Source of the DNA: Candidatus Latescibacterota bacterium
GTDB taxonomy: Bacteria > Latescibacterota > UBA2968 > UBA8231
Direction of reading: 5' to 3'
NCBI GenBank assembly: GCA_965206595.1
Contig: OZ242214.1
Coordinates: 3,712,001 to 3,776,000, forward strand
DNA length: 64,000 bases
The translations under genes were made by a program, and so were the position numbers. The stretch's first letter is position 1, and the number at the start of each line of letters is the position of its first letter. The notes beneath the pieces are model-generated. The model did no database searches. It had not been told where the DNA came from and saw nothing but the letters and a program-made list of their open reading frames with translations. Shown here one piece after another: positions 10,357 through 19,577 of this stretch.

Positions 10357-11361
10357 ATGAACCAAAATGGCTTAAGGATCGGAATTGTCGGTGCCGGCAA
10401 CATGGGACGTGCGCATGGGCGAGCCGTTGCTGCTTATGGAGCGCAGGTCGTCGCGGTTCACAGCACTCGCCTGGATGCCGCACAACAGCTGGCGACGGCA
10501 AGCGGTGCAGAGATCGCCACTGATGAACTCGACCCGTTTTTCGAGCACGAAATCGATGGCGTAGTTATCACTGCGCCTCCTCCGGTACGCCTTCAACCGG
10601 TGCGAATGGCTTGTGAACGGGGTATCCATCTGATGATCGAAAAGCCCCCTGCGCTGAACATGGACGAGGGACGGGACTGTCTGGAGCAAATCGAAAAAGC
10701 CGGGGTAATTGCCGCCGTTGGTTTTCAATTGCGTTACGCCCCGCTCTACGAGAGGCTGAAACATCTGCTGGCCAATGAGACAGTCCATCTGATGCAGACC
10801 GTCTGTACAGTTAATTACTACCTGAGCTTTAACATGGCGCCCTGGTTCCTGCAACAGCAGATCAGCGGTGGGCCTGTTGCCGAGCAGGCCATCCACCTGC
10901 TCGATTGTGGACGTTTCGTCCTGGGCAATCCCAAACCGGTTCAGGCACATGCGCTGGCAGTCAAAAACATGGCACACGACCGCTCCGAATTCGACGCCGA
11001 GAATGCCATCCAGATGACTTACGCGCTTGACAACGGTGTCTTGGGCACACATACCAATCACTGTGGCACTGAAGGGTTCAGCTTTGATCTCGAGGTTATC
11101 GGCCCTCACCTGCGTCTTCGCGCAAACGTGACCCAAAACCGGATTACTGGGTACCTCAATGGACAGGAGTTGGACAAATCGGTGCCTGAAGAGAACAGCC
11201 TGGGCATGGATAAGACCGGTGCCTGGTTGCGCGCTATAGAAACAGGCGAACGGTCGCTGGTCCGCTCGGAATATGCCGATGCGATCCACACTCTGGCGCT
11301 GGTGGAGGCGGCCGTCAGAAGTCGTGGCACGGGCAGATTTGTAGGAGTTGAGGAGCTGTAG
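10357..11361 (+). CDS. Gfo/Idh/MocA family NAD(P)-dependent oxidoreductase
   Basis: IGIVGAGNMG Rossmann motif, IEKPP, VGFQLRY, GGPVAEQAIHLLD. Confidence 0.9.
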   Translation: MNQNGLRIGIVGAGNMGRAHGRAVAAYGAQVVAVHSTRLDAAQQLATASGAEIATDELDPFFEHEIDGVVITAPPPVRLQPVRMACERGIHLMIEKPPALNMDEGRDCLEQIEKAGVIAAVGFQLRYAPLYERLKHLLANETVHLMQTVCTVNYYLSFNMAPWFLQQQISGGPVAEQAIHLLDCGRFVLGNPKPVQAHALAVKNMAHDRSEFDAENAIQMTYALDNGVLGTHTNHCGTEGFSFDLEVIGPHLRLRANVTQNRITGYLNGQELDKSVPEENSLGMDKTGAWLRAIETGERSLVRSEYADAIHTLALVEAAVRSRGTGRFVGVEEL

Positions 11362-11389
11362 ATGGCAACTTCGGGCTCACTGATTCTGA

Positions 11390-12469
11390 TCACGCTGACG
11401 CAACCGTGAGCGCGGCCATTTTATCATCGTCGAGCTCGATCCCCAGACCGGGGCCATCTGGAACGGTGAGGCAGGATCCTTCGGCGTGGATGCGTTCCAC
11501 AGCCGGAGACGCAGTGTAGAGCATCGGACCCATGGGGTCGCACGGGAGGCTGAGGTTGGGCATGGAGGCGCCCAGATGGAGTTGACCTGCGGTGCCGAGG
11601 GTGGATTCCTGGTCGGTGCCGATGGTGCAGTAGATGCCTGCGGATTCGGCCAGGGCATAGAGGCGACGGATGTAGGTTGGGCCGCAGAAGACATTGCACA
11701 GGTTGAAGGCGGTACAGGCGCCGCGCTCGATCGATTCCAGACCGCGTTCGAGGGTGGCGGTATGGAGACTGACGGGGAGGTCCATACGCCTGGTGAATTC
11801 TGCGCAGACCCGGAGGTCCCAGGATGGCTGCTCGAAATGAACCGGGTTGTGGTGACGGAGGACGTCGGCGTAGCGGAGAGCGGTCTGCCAATCCGAGAAT
11901 CGGCCTGAGAAATCGATCTGCTTGAGCCGGATCTTGTCCCCGAATCGGCAGAACATGTCGGTGAGAAAGCGGTTATCGAATTCGGCGTCGTCCCCCGAGA
12001 TGTAAAAGCGGAAGAGATGATGGCCGTGGTCGACGAGACGCTGAAGGTAACCCGCAGTGGCCTCGTAGTCCTCTTTGACGAGGACGCCCCAGGTCGGAAA
12101 ACAGCAGTAGATCTTGTCGCGGAACTTGCCGCCGAGGAGACGGTAGGCGGGAACCCCTAGCGCCTTTCCGTTGAGGTCGTAGAGGGCGAGGTCGATGGCG
12201 GAGACGAGATGATGGTTCGAGACGGTGCTCTCGAAATTGTGCGTGCGCAGGAATTCGTTGGTTTCGGTGATGCGGGTGGGGTCACGACCGACAAGGAGTT
12301 CGTTGTACTGGCGGACTACAGCGGCAACGTCGCTGCACTTGCTGTCAGAGGCTTCGCCCAGGCCGATGGGACCGTCGTCGACGTGGACTTTGACGATGAG
12401 GTGACCGGAGATGTGTCCGGTGACGCGCGGTGTTTCGATCTGATGGGCTTCAATCTTCGTGATTTTCAT
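11390..12469 (-). CDS. Mandelate racemase/muconate-lactonizing enzyme family protein
   Basis: MKITKIE start, GLGEA, SAIDLALYDLNGKALGVPAYRLLGGK, FEQP, VPDGPGLGIE. Confidence 0.9.
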   Translation of the reverse strand: MKITKIEAHQIETPRVTGHISGHLIVKVHVDDGPIGLGEASDSKCSDVAAVVRQYNELLVGRDPTRITETNEFLRTHNFESTVSNHHLVSAIDLALYDLNGKALGVPAYRLLGGKFRDKIYCCFPTWGVLVKEDYEATAGYLQRLVDHGHHLFRFYISGDDAEFDNRFLTDMFCRFGDKIRLKQIDFSGRFSDWQTALRYADVLRHHNPVHFEQPSWDLRVCAEFTRRMDLPVSLHTATLERGLESIERGACTAFNLCNVFCGPTYIRRLYALAESAGIYCTIGTDQESTLGTAGQLHLGASMPNLSLPCDPMGPMLYTASPAVERIHAEGSCLTVPDGPGLGIELDDDKMAALTVASA

Positions 12470-12593
12470 GGGACCTCCAATGGAGTCAGCGGTCAGCCGA
12501 TTCGGACAAATCCCGAAAATCCGGATTTTATCAGTATGTCAGCGAGGAACTCGAGGAGCCGTTGCCGCCCGGATGCCCATGGTGAACCGGATC

Positions 12594-14765
12594 TCAGCGC
12601 GGCAGTCGCTCTATACTGTCCTGGCCCTCCGTGATGAGGATCGACTGATCCACCGCCACATCGCGGAAGGTCTGTAACCGATCGCTCGTCGGCCAGTACA
12701 CCTCCAGCACCTCCACCTGCGTCGCCTTTCCGAGCCCGATCATCTGCATGAACGGGTTGCCCCCGAAGCTGCTGCCGCTGTTCACGTGCCGGTAGACTGA
12801 GCGACGCTTCCCGCCCTCCCGGATCTCGCAGCGGATACGCGCCCCGATCCCGGGCCGATTTGACTGTACGCCCCGCAGCCTGACCCTGATCCAGTGGTTG
12901 TCGAAGCCTGGATTCTCGAACAACGCGTTGCCGTACATGTCGCCGGGATAGGCGCCCCCCAATTGCATGTAGACGTCCTGGTCACCGTCGTAGTCGAGGT
13001 CTGCGAAGGCCACCCCATGGCCCTTCTGCAGGTGGCCGAACCCGCCCGCCATCGTCACGTCCGCAAAGCCCCTCCCGCCGAGGTTGCGGTACATCACATT
13101 CGGCATCAGGGCCTCGTATCCCGGGTAGCCCGTGCCCTGGTAGAAGTCCAGGTACCCGTCGTTGTCCAGATCGCCGAAGTTGCAGCCCATCGTCAGCGTC
13201 AGCAAGGTCAGGCCCTGCTCGGCCGCAACCTCCCGAAAGCCCCCCTTGCCGTCACCGCGGTAAAGGCACGCCAGCTCCCCTCCGTGCTCCAACCCGAGGT
13301 AGCTGGCCGCGAGGAAGTCCAGGGACTCTGCGTAGGTCGCGACCCAAAGATCCAGGGCGCCGTCGTTGTCGAAGTCCCAGAACCAGGGCATGAAGCTGGT
13401 GTGGCGTGCCAAGACGTTCAGCTTCCCGGCGACGTCCGTGAAGGTCCCATCGCCGTTGTTGTGATAGAGCCTGTTCACTCCGAACATGTTTGAGACGTAA
13501 AGATCCGGGAAGCGATCGCCATCGTAATCGCCCCAGATCACGCCCTTGGTGTAGCGCTCGTTCAGCACGCCCGCTTCTCTGGCCACGTCGACGAACGTTC
13601 CATCGCCTTCGTTGCGGAAGAGCTGGCACGGAGCGGAGAAATCCGGGTCGGTCTCGTTGCCCACGTACAGATCCAGGTCGCCATCGTTGTCGTAATCGGC
13701 CCACGACGCGGTCTGGGTGGGATAGTTGACCGCGGCCAGACCGGCGTCGAAGGTCACGTCGGTGAAAGTGCCGTCGCCGTTGTTCCTCAACAGGGAGTTG
13801 GGTGTCGCGCCCGCCCTGCCCAGCCAGGCTCCGCGCAGAACCAGGATGTCCGGGAACCCGTCGTTGTTGTAATCGGTGTGGTTCAGGTTGAGACCGCCGA
13901 ACAGACCCACCAGGCCGGCTTCTTGCGTGCGCTCGGTGAACGTCTTGTCCGGGTTGCCTTCGAAGTAGCGCATCTGTCCGGAAGGATCAGAGGTCGAGCA
14001 CACGATGTCGAGCCAGCCGTCGCCATTGAAGTCGTCGACGGCGCTGCCTCCGGCGAGGTCGAATGCGTTCAACCCGAGCCCGGGCGCGATGTCCGTGAAG
14101 CGTGGAAAAGGCTCATCGGAGGCAAAGGTATCGGGCGAAATCAGAAACTGCTCGGGAACCCCGTCGGGGTACTCCCCGATCGTCATGTTGGCAATGTTTA
14201 GCAGCCAGCGAGCCCCGTGCGCCCCCGGGAACCTCCCGAGATACTCCTCCAGGAGCTCGATCGCCTTGCGGGAGCTTTCCTGGTTTTGGTACACCCCCTT
14301 CCCGCGGATGGGAAGGATGCAGCTGTCGCTCGTATGCATACCCACGCAGTTCTGGGTCTCCCCCAGGCGCAGGTAGACGATGGCGAGCTCCAGGATGTTC
14401 AGGTAGAGCGCCTTGTTCTTGATACTACGGGCGCGGATCAACTCGAGAGCCTCGCTATAGAGCCTTATCGCCGCATCGATATTCCCGAGCCGTGACTCCT
14501 CGCTGGCCAGGCCCCGCAACACCGGCCAGCGAAGACGCGGCTCCGCGCCAGCCAGGCGAGCGAGCTGACGGCGCAACGCCGGCGCCTGGAACTGTCCAAC
14601 CCTGTTGTCGAGCAGCGACCTCCTGTCGGCCTCCCTGGCCAGGAGCGCAATCATCTTCTCATGCCCGGCGACTCCGGATTTCTCGCACGACACCACCAGC
14701 GTGGCGCAGGCGAGAATCAGCAGAGCACCGGCAAGATTTGGGAGCTGTTGAAGAAGAGCGATCAT
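12594..14765 (-). CDS. CRTAC1-family FG-GAP/ASPIC-UnbV protein with N-terminal TPR-like region (probable lipoprotein)
   Basis: LVVSC lipobox-like signal, NCVGMHTSDSCILPI, many DxDxDG repeats, GFGHLQKGHGVAFAD, SGSSFGGNP. The start is estimated at ATG 14765; the ORF-track extension to 15056 looks non-coding. Confidence 0.85.
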   Translation of the reverse strand: MIALLQQLPNLAGALLILACATLVVSCEKSGVAGHEKMIALLAREADRRSLLDNRVGQFQAPALRRQLARLAGAEPRLRWPVLRGLASEESRLGNIDAAIRLYSEALELIRARSIKNKALYLNILELAIVYLRLGETQNCVGMHTSDSCILPIRGKGVYQNQESSRKAIELLEEYLGRFPGAHGARWLLNIANMTIGEYPDGVPEQFLISPDTFASDEPFPRFTDIAPGLGLNAFDLAGGSAVDDFNGDGWLDIVCSTSDPSGQMRYFEGNPDKTFTERTQEAGLVGLFGGLNLNHTDYNNDGFPDILVLRGAWLGRAGATPNSLLRNNGDGTFTDVTFDAGLAAVNYPTQTASWADYDNDGDLDLYVGNETDPDFSAPCQLFRNEGDGTFVDVAREAGVLNERYTKGVIWGDYDGDRFPDLYVSNMFGVNRLYHNNGDGTFTDVAGKLNVLARHTSFMPWFWDFDNDGALDLWVATYAESLDFLAASYLGLEHGGELACLYRGDGKGGFREVAAEQGLTLLTLTMGCNFGDLDNDGYLDFYQGTGYPGYEALMPNVMYRNLGGRGFADVTMAGGFGHLQKGHGVAFADLDYDGDQDVYMQLGGAYPGDMYGNALFENPGFDNHWIRVRLRGVQSNRPGIGARIRCEIREGGKRRSVYRHVNSGSSFGGNPFMQMIGLGKATQVEVLEVYWPTSDRLQTFRDVAVDQSILITEGQDSIERLPR

Positions 14766-15039
14766 GTCAAGGGCTATCCAATCGCCGCCCGACGACGTTC
14801 CTCGACGACGAACTACGAGCTCCGGAGAGTCATGGGAAACGCGGACGTGAACGACGTCCTCACCCCGAAAAGTTAGAGTGCGAGTAATTACGCGAACAGC
14901 TCTATGGAGGCACAGTACACCCGGGATGGTTGTGCACGAGGCGTTGGGGAAGCGACACCGTTCGATCTCTACCCGTCGAAGATGCGCCAGTTGGGCAGTC
15001 TTGCCGAGATGCTCTACCAATCTCTCGACGCTGCAACAG

Positions 15040-16698
15040 TCATTGCTGATTGCCACTGATTGTCACCCTGCCCGTGAACCCACTTGCCACCAGTTTATCG
15101 GCGAAAGCCCGAGCTGACGAATCGGTCAGCCCTCCGCTGCCGTGGATGGACAAGTCGCCGCCGATGTGGGTGAGATTCTCAAGGCCTGCCAAGCTGGCCA
15201 GGGCGGTGTTGCCGGTACGGCGATCGCCGATAGATAGACTACCGCCGATGTCTGTGAGACTTTCGAGCCCTGCCAGGCTGATCAGTGCATCATTGCCGCC
15301 AATCGACAGGTCTGCGCCAATGTTGGTGAGGTTCCCGAGCCCTTCCAGGCTCGTCAGATCGGTGTACCAGATGGACAGACCCCCGCCGATGCTGGTGACG
15401 CTCTCGAACCCTGCCAGGTTGGTCAGCAAGTAATTTCCGCTGATTTTCAAATCGCCGGCGACTCGGGCGACATTCCCGAGCGGTGCCAAGCTGGCCAGCG
15501 CATTGTTGTGCAATATCTGCAGCAACCCGTCGATGCGGGTGATATTGTCGAGTCCTGTCAGACTGCTCAGGGCGGAGTTGTTGGCGAGAGACAGGAATCC
15601 GCCGACGCTGGTGAGGGTCTCGAGCCCTGCCAGGCTGGTCAGCGCGGGATTGCCGGTAAGCCAGACTCCACCGATGCCGGCGACGTTCTCGAGCCCTGAA
15701 AGGCTGGTCAGCGCGGCGCTGCTGAATACAGACAGGAATCCGCCGATGCGGGTTAGATTCTCGAGCCCTGACAGGCTGGCCAATGCGGGGTTGTGGGAGA
15801 TGGTCAAACTCCCGCCGACGTCAGTGAGATTCCCGAGCCCTGACAGGCTGGTCAACGCAGTGTTGCCGTCACGCACCTTGCCGATGCACAAGTCCCCGCC
15901 GATGCGGGTGAGATTTTCGAACCCCGCCAAGTTGGCAAGTGCATCATTGTCCAGGATCGAAACGCCTGGACCCGTCCGGGATGCTCGGTCAAACGCGTCC
16001 CCGTCGATGCTCGTGATCTTTTCGAGCCCTGACAGGCTGGTCAGCGCGGGGTTGTAGTGGATTATCAGGTCGCCCCCGAAGCCGGTGAGGTTCTTGAGCC
16101 CTGTCAGGCTGGTCAGGGAATCATTGCCGACGATGGACAGGAATCCGCCGATGCGGGTCAGATTGTCGAGCCCCGCCAGGCTGGTCAGGGCATCATTGTT
16201 GACGGCGTTAACAGCCCCGCCGATGCTGGAGGCATTTTCGAGCCCTGACAGGCTGGTCAGGGAGGTGTTCCTGATGAACAAACCCCCGCCGATGCTGGTG
16301 ACACCCTCGAGCCCTGACAGGCTGGTCAAAGCGGCGTTGCCGAATACGGACAGGTACCCGCCGATGCGGGTGAGATTCTGGAGACCAGCCAGACTGGTCA
16401 GCTCCGCGTTGCCGGCACCGAAGCTGCCTATGGACAGGTTCCCGCCGATGCGGGTGAGATTCTCGAGGGCTTCAAGTGTGGTGAAGGGAGAATCCTCGAC
16501 CGAGAGATCGCCGGTGATGCGGAACGAACCCCCTCCGAGGGCCACGGGGAGGTCCAGATCCTCCTGGGAACGGAGGGAAAAATCTCCCTCCAGGACCGTG
16601 GAGTCAGAGCCGGATTGAGTTGGGCTTTTGTTGTCACAGCCGGCCAACCCCAACACCGACAACACCACACAGGGCAAGAGCCGTTTCGGACATTTCAT
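15040..16698 (-). CDS. Leucine-rich-repeat / receptor L-domain-like lipoprotein
   Basis: Lipobox GLAGC, then over a dozen units of consensus NxALTSLSGLENLTRIGGxLSI, also visible as DNA repeats. Confidence 0.88.
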   Translation of the reverse strand: MKCPKRLLPCVVLSVLGLAGCDNKSPTQSGSDSTVLEGDFSLRSQEDLDLPVALGGGSFRITGDLSVEDSPFTTLEALENLTRIGGNLSIGSFGAGNAELTSLAGLQNLTRIGGYLSVFGNAALTSLSGLEGVTSIGGGLFIRNTSLTSLSGLENASSIGGAVNAVNNDALTSLAGLDNLTRIGGFLSIVGNDSLTSLTGLKNLTGFGGDLIIHYNPALTSLSGLEKITSIDGDAFDRASRTGPGVSILDNDALANLAGFENLTRIGGDLCIGKVRDGNTALTSLSGLGNLTDVGGSLTISHNPALASLSGLENLTRIGGFLSVFSSAALTSLSGLENVAGIGGVWLTGNPALTSLAGLETLTSVGGFLSLANNSALSSLTGLDNITRIDGLLQILHNNALASLAPLGNVARVAGDLKISGNYLLTNLAGFESVTSIGGGLSIWYTDLTSLEGLGNLTNIGADLSIGGNDALISLAGLESLTDIGGSLSIGDRRTGNTALASLAGLENLTHIGGDLSIHGSGGLTDSSARAFADKLVASGFTGRVTISGNQQ

Positions 16699-16815
16699 GG
16701 CTCAGCACCTCATCGCGAGATAAATCCGGGTTTGCTGGCCGGTGAAGCAATCATGCTAACCAGCGCATCGCCGTCACACACTCGAAGGCCGAACTCCGCG
16801 GCAAGCTGTCAATGC

Positions 16816-16849
16816 CGATAGTGTCGTGTCCCTGAGAACGACACTATCG
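16816..16849. terminator. Perfect 12-bp inverted repeat hairpin (possible terminator or processing stem)
   Basis: cgatagtgtcgt-(10 nt)-acgacactatcg, 17 nt downstream of the DUF3179 copy 1 stop on the minus strand. There is no clear U-tract. Confidence 0.55.
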
Positions 16850-16866
16850 CGCTGTTCAGTAGCGCA

Positions 16867-17559
16867 CTACGGGATCGTGAGAACCTTTGAATCCGGAAAC
16901 TCCGCTTTCCAAAGGTTCCAGCGGGTGAGGACGGAGTGGAGTTCCGTCAGCTTCCGGTCGGCGTAGGTGCCGCTGATACAGGTCAGGCCGTCCTCGCCGG
17001 GCAGGTGGTACCACAGGCTTTCGGTCTCGTAGTCGTACAGCACGAACGTGGATCGATAGGTCCATCCACTGGCGCTCAGGGTCAGGATCTCTCCGTCGAT
17101 TTCTCGGCTGTACACGGCAGCCAGGTTGACCAGCGGTCAGTAGGCCACGGCCACGTGCGCCTCCCCGAATTGCTCGTTGGCGACTTCGAACCGGCTCAGG
17201 ATTTCGATGGGGTACGCGCGGGTGAAACCGTTCAGGCTCGTCCCGATCACGAGAATACCCTGGCTGTCGAGCGGGTAATTCAGGTCGCCGGGGGACAGCA
17301 TCCTGGCGTTGATTATCGGTTTGATGGCAAAAGGCCCCAGACCGTTCCCGAACATGGATGGCTCCATGCCGTATTTCCGCGCAGCGTGGGTCACGTCCCA
17401 GGACTTGCCGGTTACGTCGTGGATGAAAACCTCACCTTCCTCCCCCTGCCCCTGGTCGACCGAAGAAGGCGGCGGGGAGGTGTGGACCACATCGCTGCCG
17501 CAACCACTCGAAAGCAGGGCCCAGAACCCGAAAAGAACGGCTGTGATCGCAAGTCTCAT
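16867..17559 (-). CDS. DUF3179-domain lipoprotein, probable selenoprotein (UGA at 17139-17137 read as Sec), 230 aa
   Basis: ORFs 17137-17586 and 16867-17115 are in the same frame, separated only by TGA: ...RAYPIEIL...AHVAVAY-TGA-PLVNLAAVYSREIDGE...SGWTY...LYDYETESLW. The TGA aligns with the Cys of the family's (T/A)YCPL motif. Lipobox SSGC. Confidence 0.85.
17106..17122 (-). promoter_or_regulatory. Candidate bacterial SECIS hairpin, copy 1
   Basis: GGCUG-CCGUGUA-CAGCC begins 15 nt after the UGA and is identical in copy 2 (19001-19017). Confidence 0.6.
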
Positions 17560-17679
17560 CACGCAAATCTCTTCACATTGTCCCAAGGTGAAACAGTCAG
17601 AACGCTTACTGGTCTCACTGGTTCGGTTCTGCGCATGAACCTGGTGTCCGCAGTGCTGTCCTCTTGCCGTGGCAGGGCG

Positions 17680-18594
17680 CTAAGAGCGCACCAAGACGAA
17701 ACCCAGAGCGAACGTGGTGCCGCTGAGCGTGTTCTTGCCCGCAAGGACATGAAAGACATCCGCCTGCAATAGCAGGCCCGGCTTCAAAGAGTAGATGAGG
17801 GCCGGATTGACCTTGGCGATATGCTGGTCGCCGACGACGAGAGAAGGCAACACTCCGCCACCGCCGGGCAGAGGGGTCACCACGGTCCGGCCGTAAATAT
17901 CCGGCGGAGCGCTCCTGTTCTCTACCCCGTCGAGCCCCACCTTGAAAAGGAGCCGGTCGGCTGTGTACCCCGCTTCGACCGCGTAGAGGATCTCGTCGTG
18001 CAGTCGCCCGCCGCGACCACGGTATCCCAGAGCGGCGGAGAGATAGAGCGGCAAGGGGTAGAGGCTTTTTCCAGCCAGTACGTGGAGTTCGCCATCCACT
18101 TCGCCAGTGCCCAGGGGAGGGCCGTCGTTCGACGGCGAATTGTCGTAACCCAGGGGCATCTTAGTGCCGCCCTGCAGGGAGAGAGCCAGAGGAGAAACGA
18201 GCAGTGCATAACGCAGGGACAGGCTCAGATCGGCAAAACCGTTGGTGTGAACGATTTCTCTGAATCGCACAACGCCGCCGCCGATGAGCCCGGTGCGTGA
18301 CGAGCGCAGGGCTTTGTACTGCAGGTTGGATACGACGGTGACGCGGTCGCCCAAGCCGTATTCCAGATAGGTGGTCAGATTTAAGTCGAGGAAAGAGCCG
18401 TCGGTGAAACCCGCGTGCTCCTCGAACAGGTCCATGCGCACGCCGCGGTAGTTGAATTCCCTGGTGGTGGACAGGTAACTGGACGAGAGCTTGAGGTAGT
18501 ATGCTCTTTTACTCTGCACCCAGGCGCCGGACCGCACACTGTCGCTGCTGCCTATGAGAATCAGGAGAACGACAGAGGCTCTTGCCCTGAGCAT
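17680..18594 (-). CDS. Exported protein, probable outer-membrane beta-barrel
   Basis: Signal peptide then GAWVQ, YLEYGL, GFADLSLSLRY, GTGEVDGE; alternating beta-strand pattern up to the C-terminus. Confidence 0.7.
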   Translation of the reverse strand: MLRARASVVLLILIGSSDSVRSGAWVQSKRAYYLKLSSSYLSTTREFNYRGVRMDLFEEHAGFTDGSFLDLNLTTYLEYGLGDRVTVVSNLQYKALRSSRTGLIGGGVVRFREIVHTNGFADLSLSLRYALLVSPLALSLQGGTKMPLGYDNSPSNDGPPLGTGEVDGELHVLAGKSLYPLPLYLSAALGYRGRGGRLHDEILYAVEAGYTADRLLFKVGLDGVENRSAPPDIYGRTVVTPLPGGGGVLPSLVVGDQHIAKVNPALIYSLKPGLLLQADVFHVLAGKNTLSGTTFALGFVLVRS

Positions 18595-18600
18595 TACGGA

Positions 18601-18768
18601 CTAGTGTCCCTTCGCAGAGATGGATTGACAAAATCGGGACGCCGAGGCGCCCGGCTCACAAGGCGCCTGAGCGAGTCGTACCGAGGGTGTACGGCGAGCG
18701 AAGGCAACGCCGTGAGCCGGGATGGATCGGCGTTCCGATGGCGACATATTTCTGCGACGGGACACTAG
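18601..18768. mobile_element. 168-bp MITE-like non-autonomous element
   Basis: Terminal inverted repeats ctagtgtcccttcgcaga / tctgcgacgggacactag (17 of 18 match, both ending in CTAG), with an internal IR cccggctcac (18650-18659) / gtgagccggg (18712-18721). Confidence 0.75.
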
Positions 18769-19443
18769 AGCTCGAGGATCTTTGAAGCCGGAAAGTCCGC
18801 CTTCCAGCGGTTCCAGCGCGTAAGGGTGCTCCCGAATTGTGGCAGCCTCCGGTCGGCGTAGGTACCGCTGATGCAGGTCAGCCCGTCACTGCCCTGCAGA
18901 TGGTACCACATGCTTTCGGTCTCGAAGTCGTAGAGCACGAAGGTGTTGCGATAGGTCCACCCGCTGGCGCCCAGGGTCAGGATCTCTTCGTCGATTTCTC
19001 GGCTGTACACGGCAGCCAGGTTGGCCAGCGGTCAGTAGGCCACAGCCACGTGCGCGTCCCCGAATTGCTCGTTGGCCACTTCCTTCCAGCGCATGATGTA
19101 GATGGGGTAGGCGCGGGTGAAACCGTTGAGGTTGACCCCTATCACGAGAAAATCGTCGTCGTCGGACGGGTAGCCCTCATCGCCGGGCGAAAGCATCCGT
19201 GGGTTCAGGATGGGCCTGATGAAATGTATCCCCAAACCGTGTGCAAAACGCTCGGGAACCATGCCGTATTTCTACGCGTGGGTCACGTCCCAGGTCTTGG
19301 CCTCGAAGTCCGGTGATGGAGGCCTTTGGAAACTCGGTCCCGTCTCCATCCTGATCGTTCGAAGAAACCGGCTCGGTGGTTGGGTTGTACACGACATCGT
19401 CGCCTCAACCGGTTGAGAACAAGGTCCATAGCCCGAAAAGCAT
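18765..19443 (-). pseudogene. Second DUF3179 (seleno)lipoprotein, disrupted in its 5' part
   Basis: The same AY-TGA-PLANLAAVYSRE join (TGA 19034-19032). Upstream there is a TAG at 19274-19272, a frameshift near 19312 and a TGA at 19407-19405 replacing the lipobox Cys. The 5' end is approximate. Confidence 0.75.
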
Positions 19444-19577
19444 TGTCTTCAGAGAGAATTCACCCTCATCAGTGGCGGACGCGAAAGAGACTAGGCGCGT
19501 AATGCTTTGAAGTATGAATATATGGACCGCAAGTAAAAATCCAGCCCCATGGTGAAGAATACACCTCACCGCCTCGC

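Noticed and set aside
15040-16500. Periodic DNA repeats resembling a CRISPR array
   Set aside because: The repeats are degenerate, in frame, and encode LRR units; there are no unique spacers or cas genes.
19405-19407. Selenocysteine at the lipobox position of DUF3179 copy 2
   Set aside because: A frameshift and a TAG follow within about 135 nt, and I see no SECIS-like hairpin matching the other sites. A TGC/TGT to TGA nonsense change is simpler.
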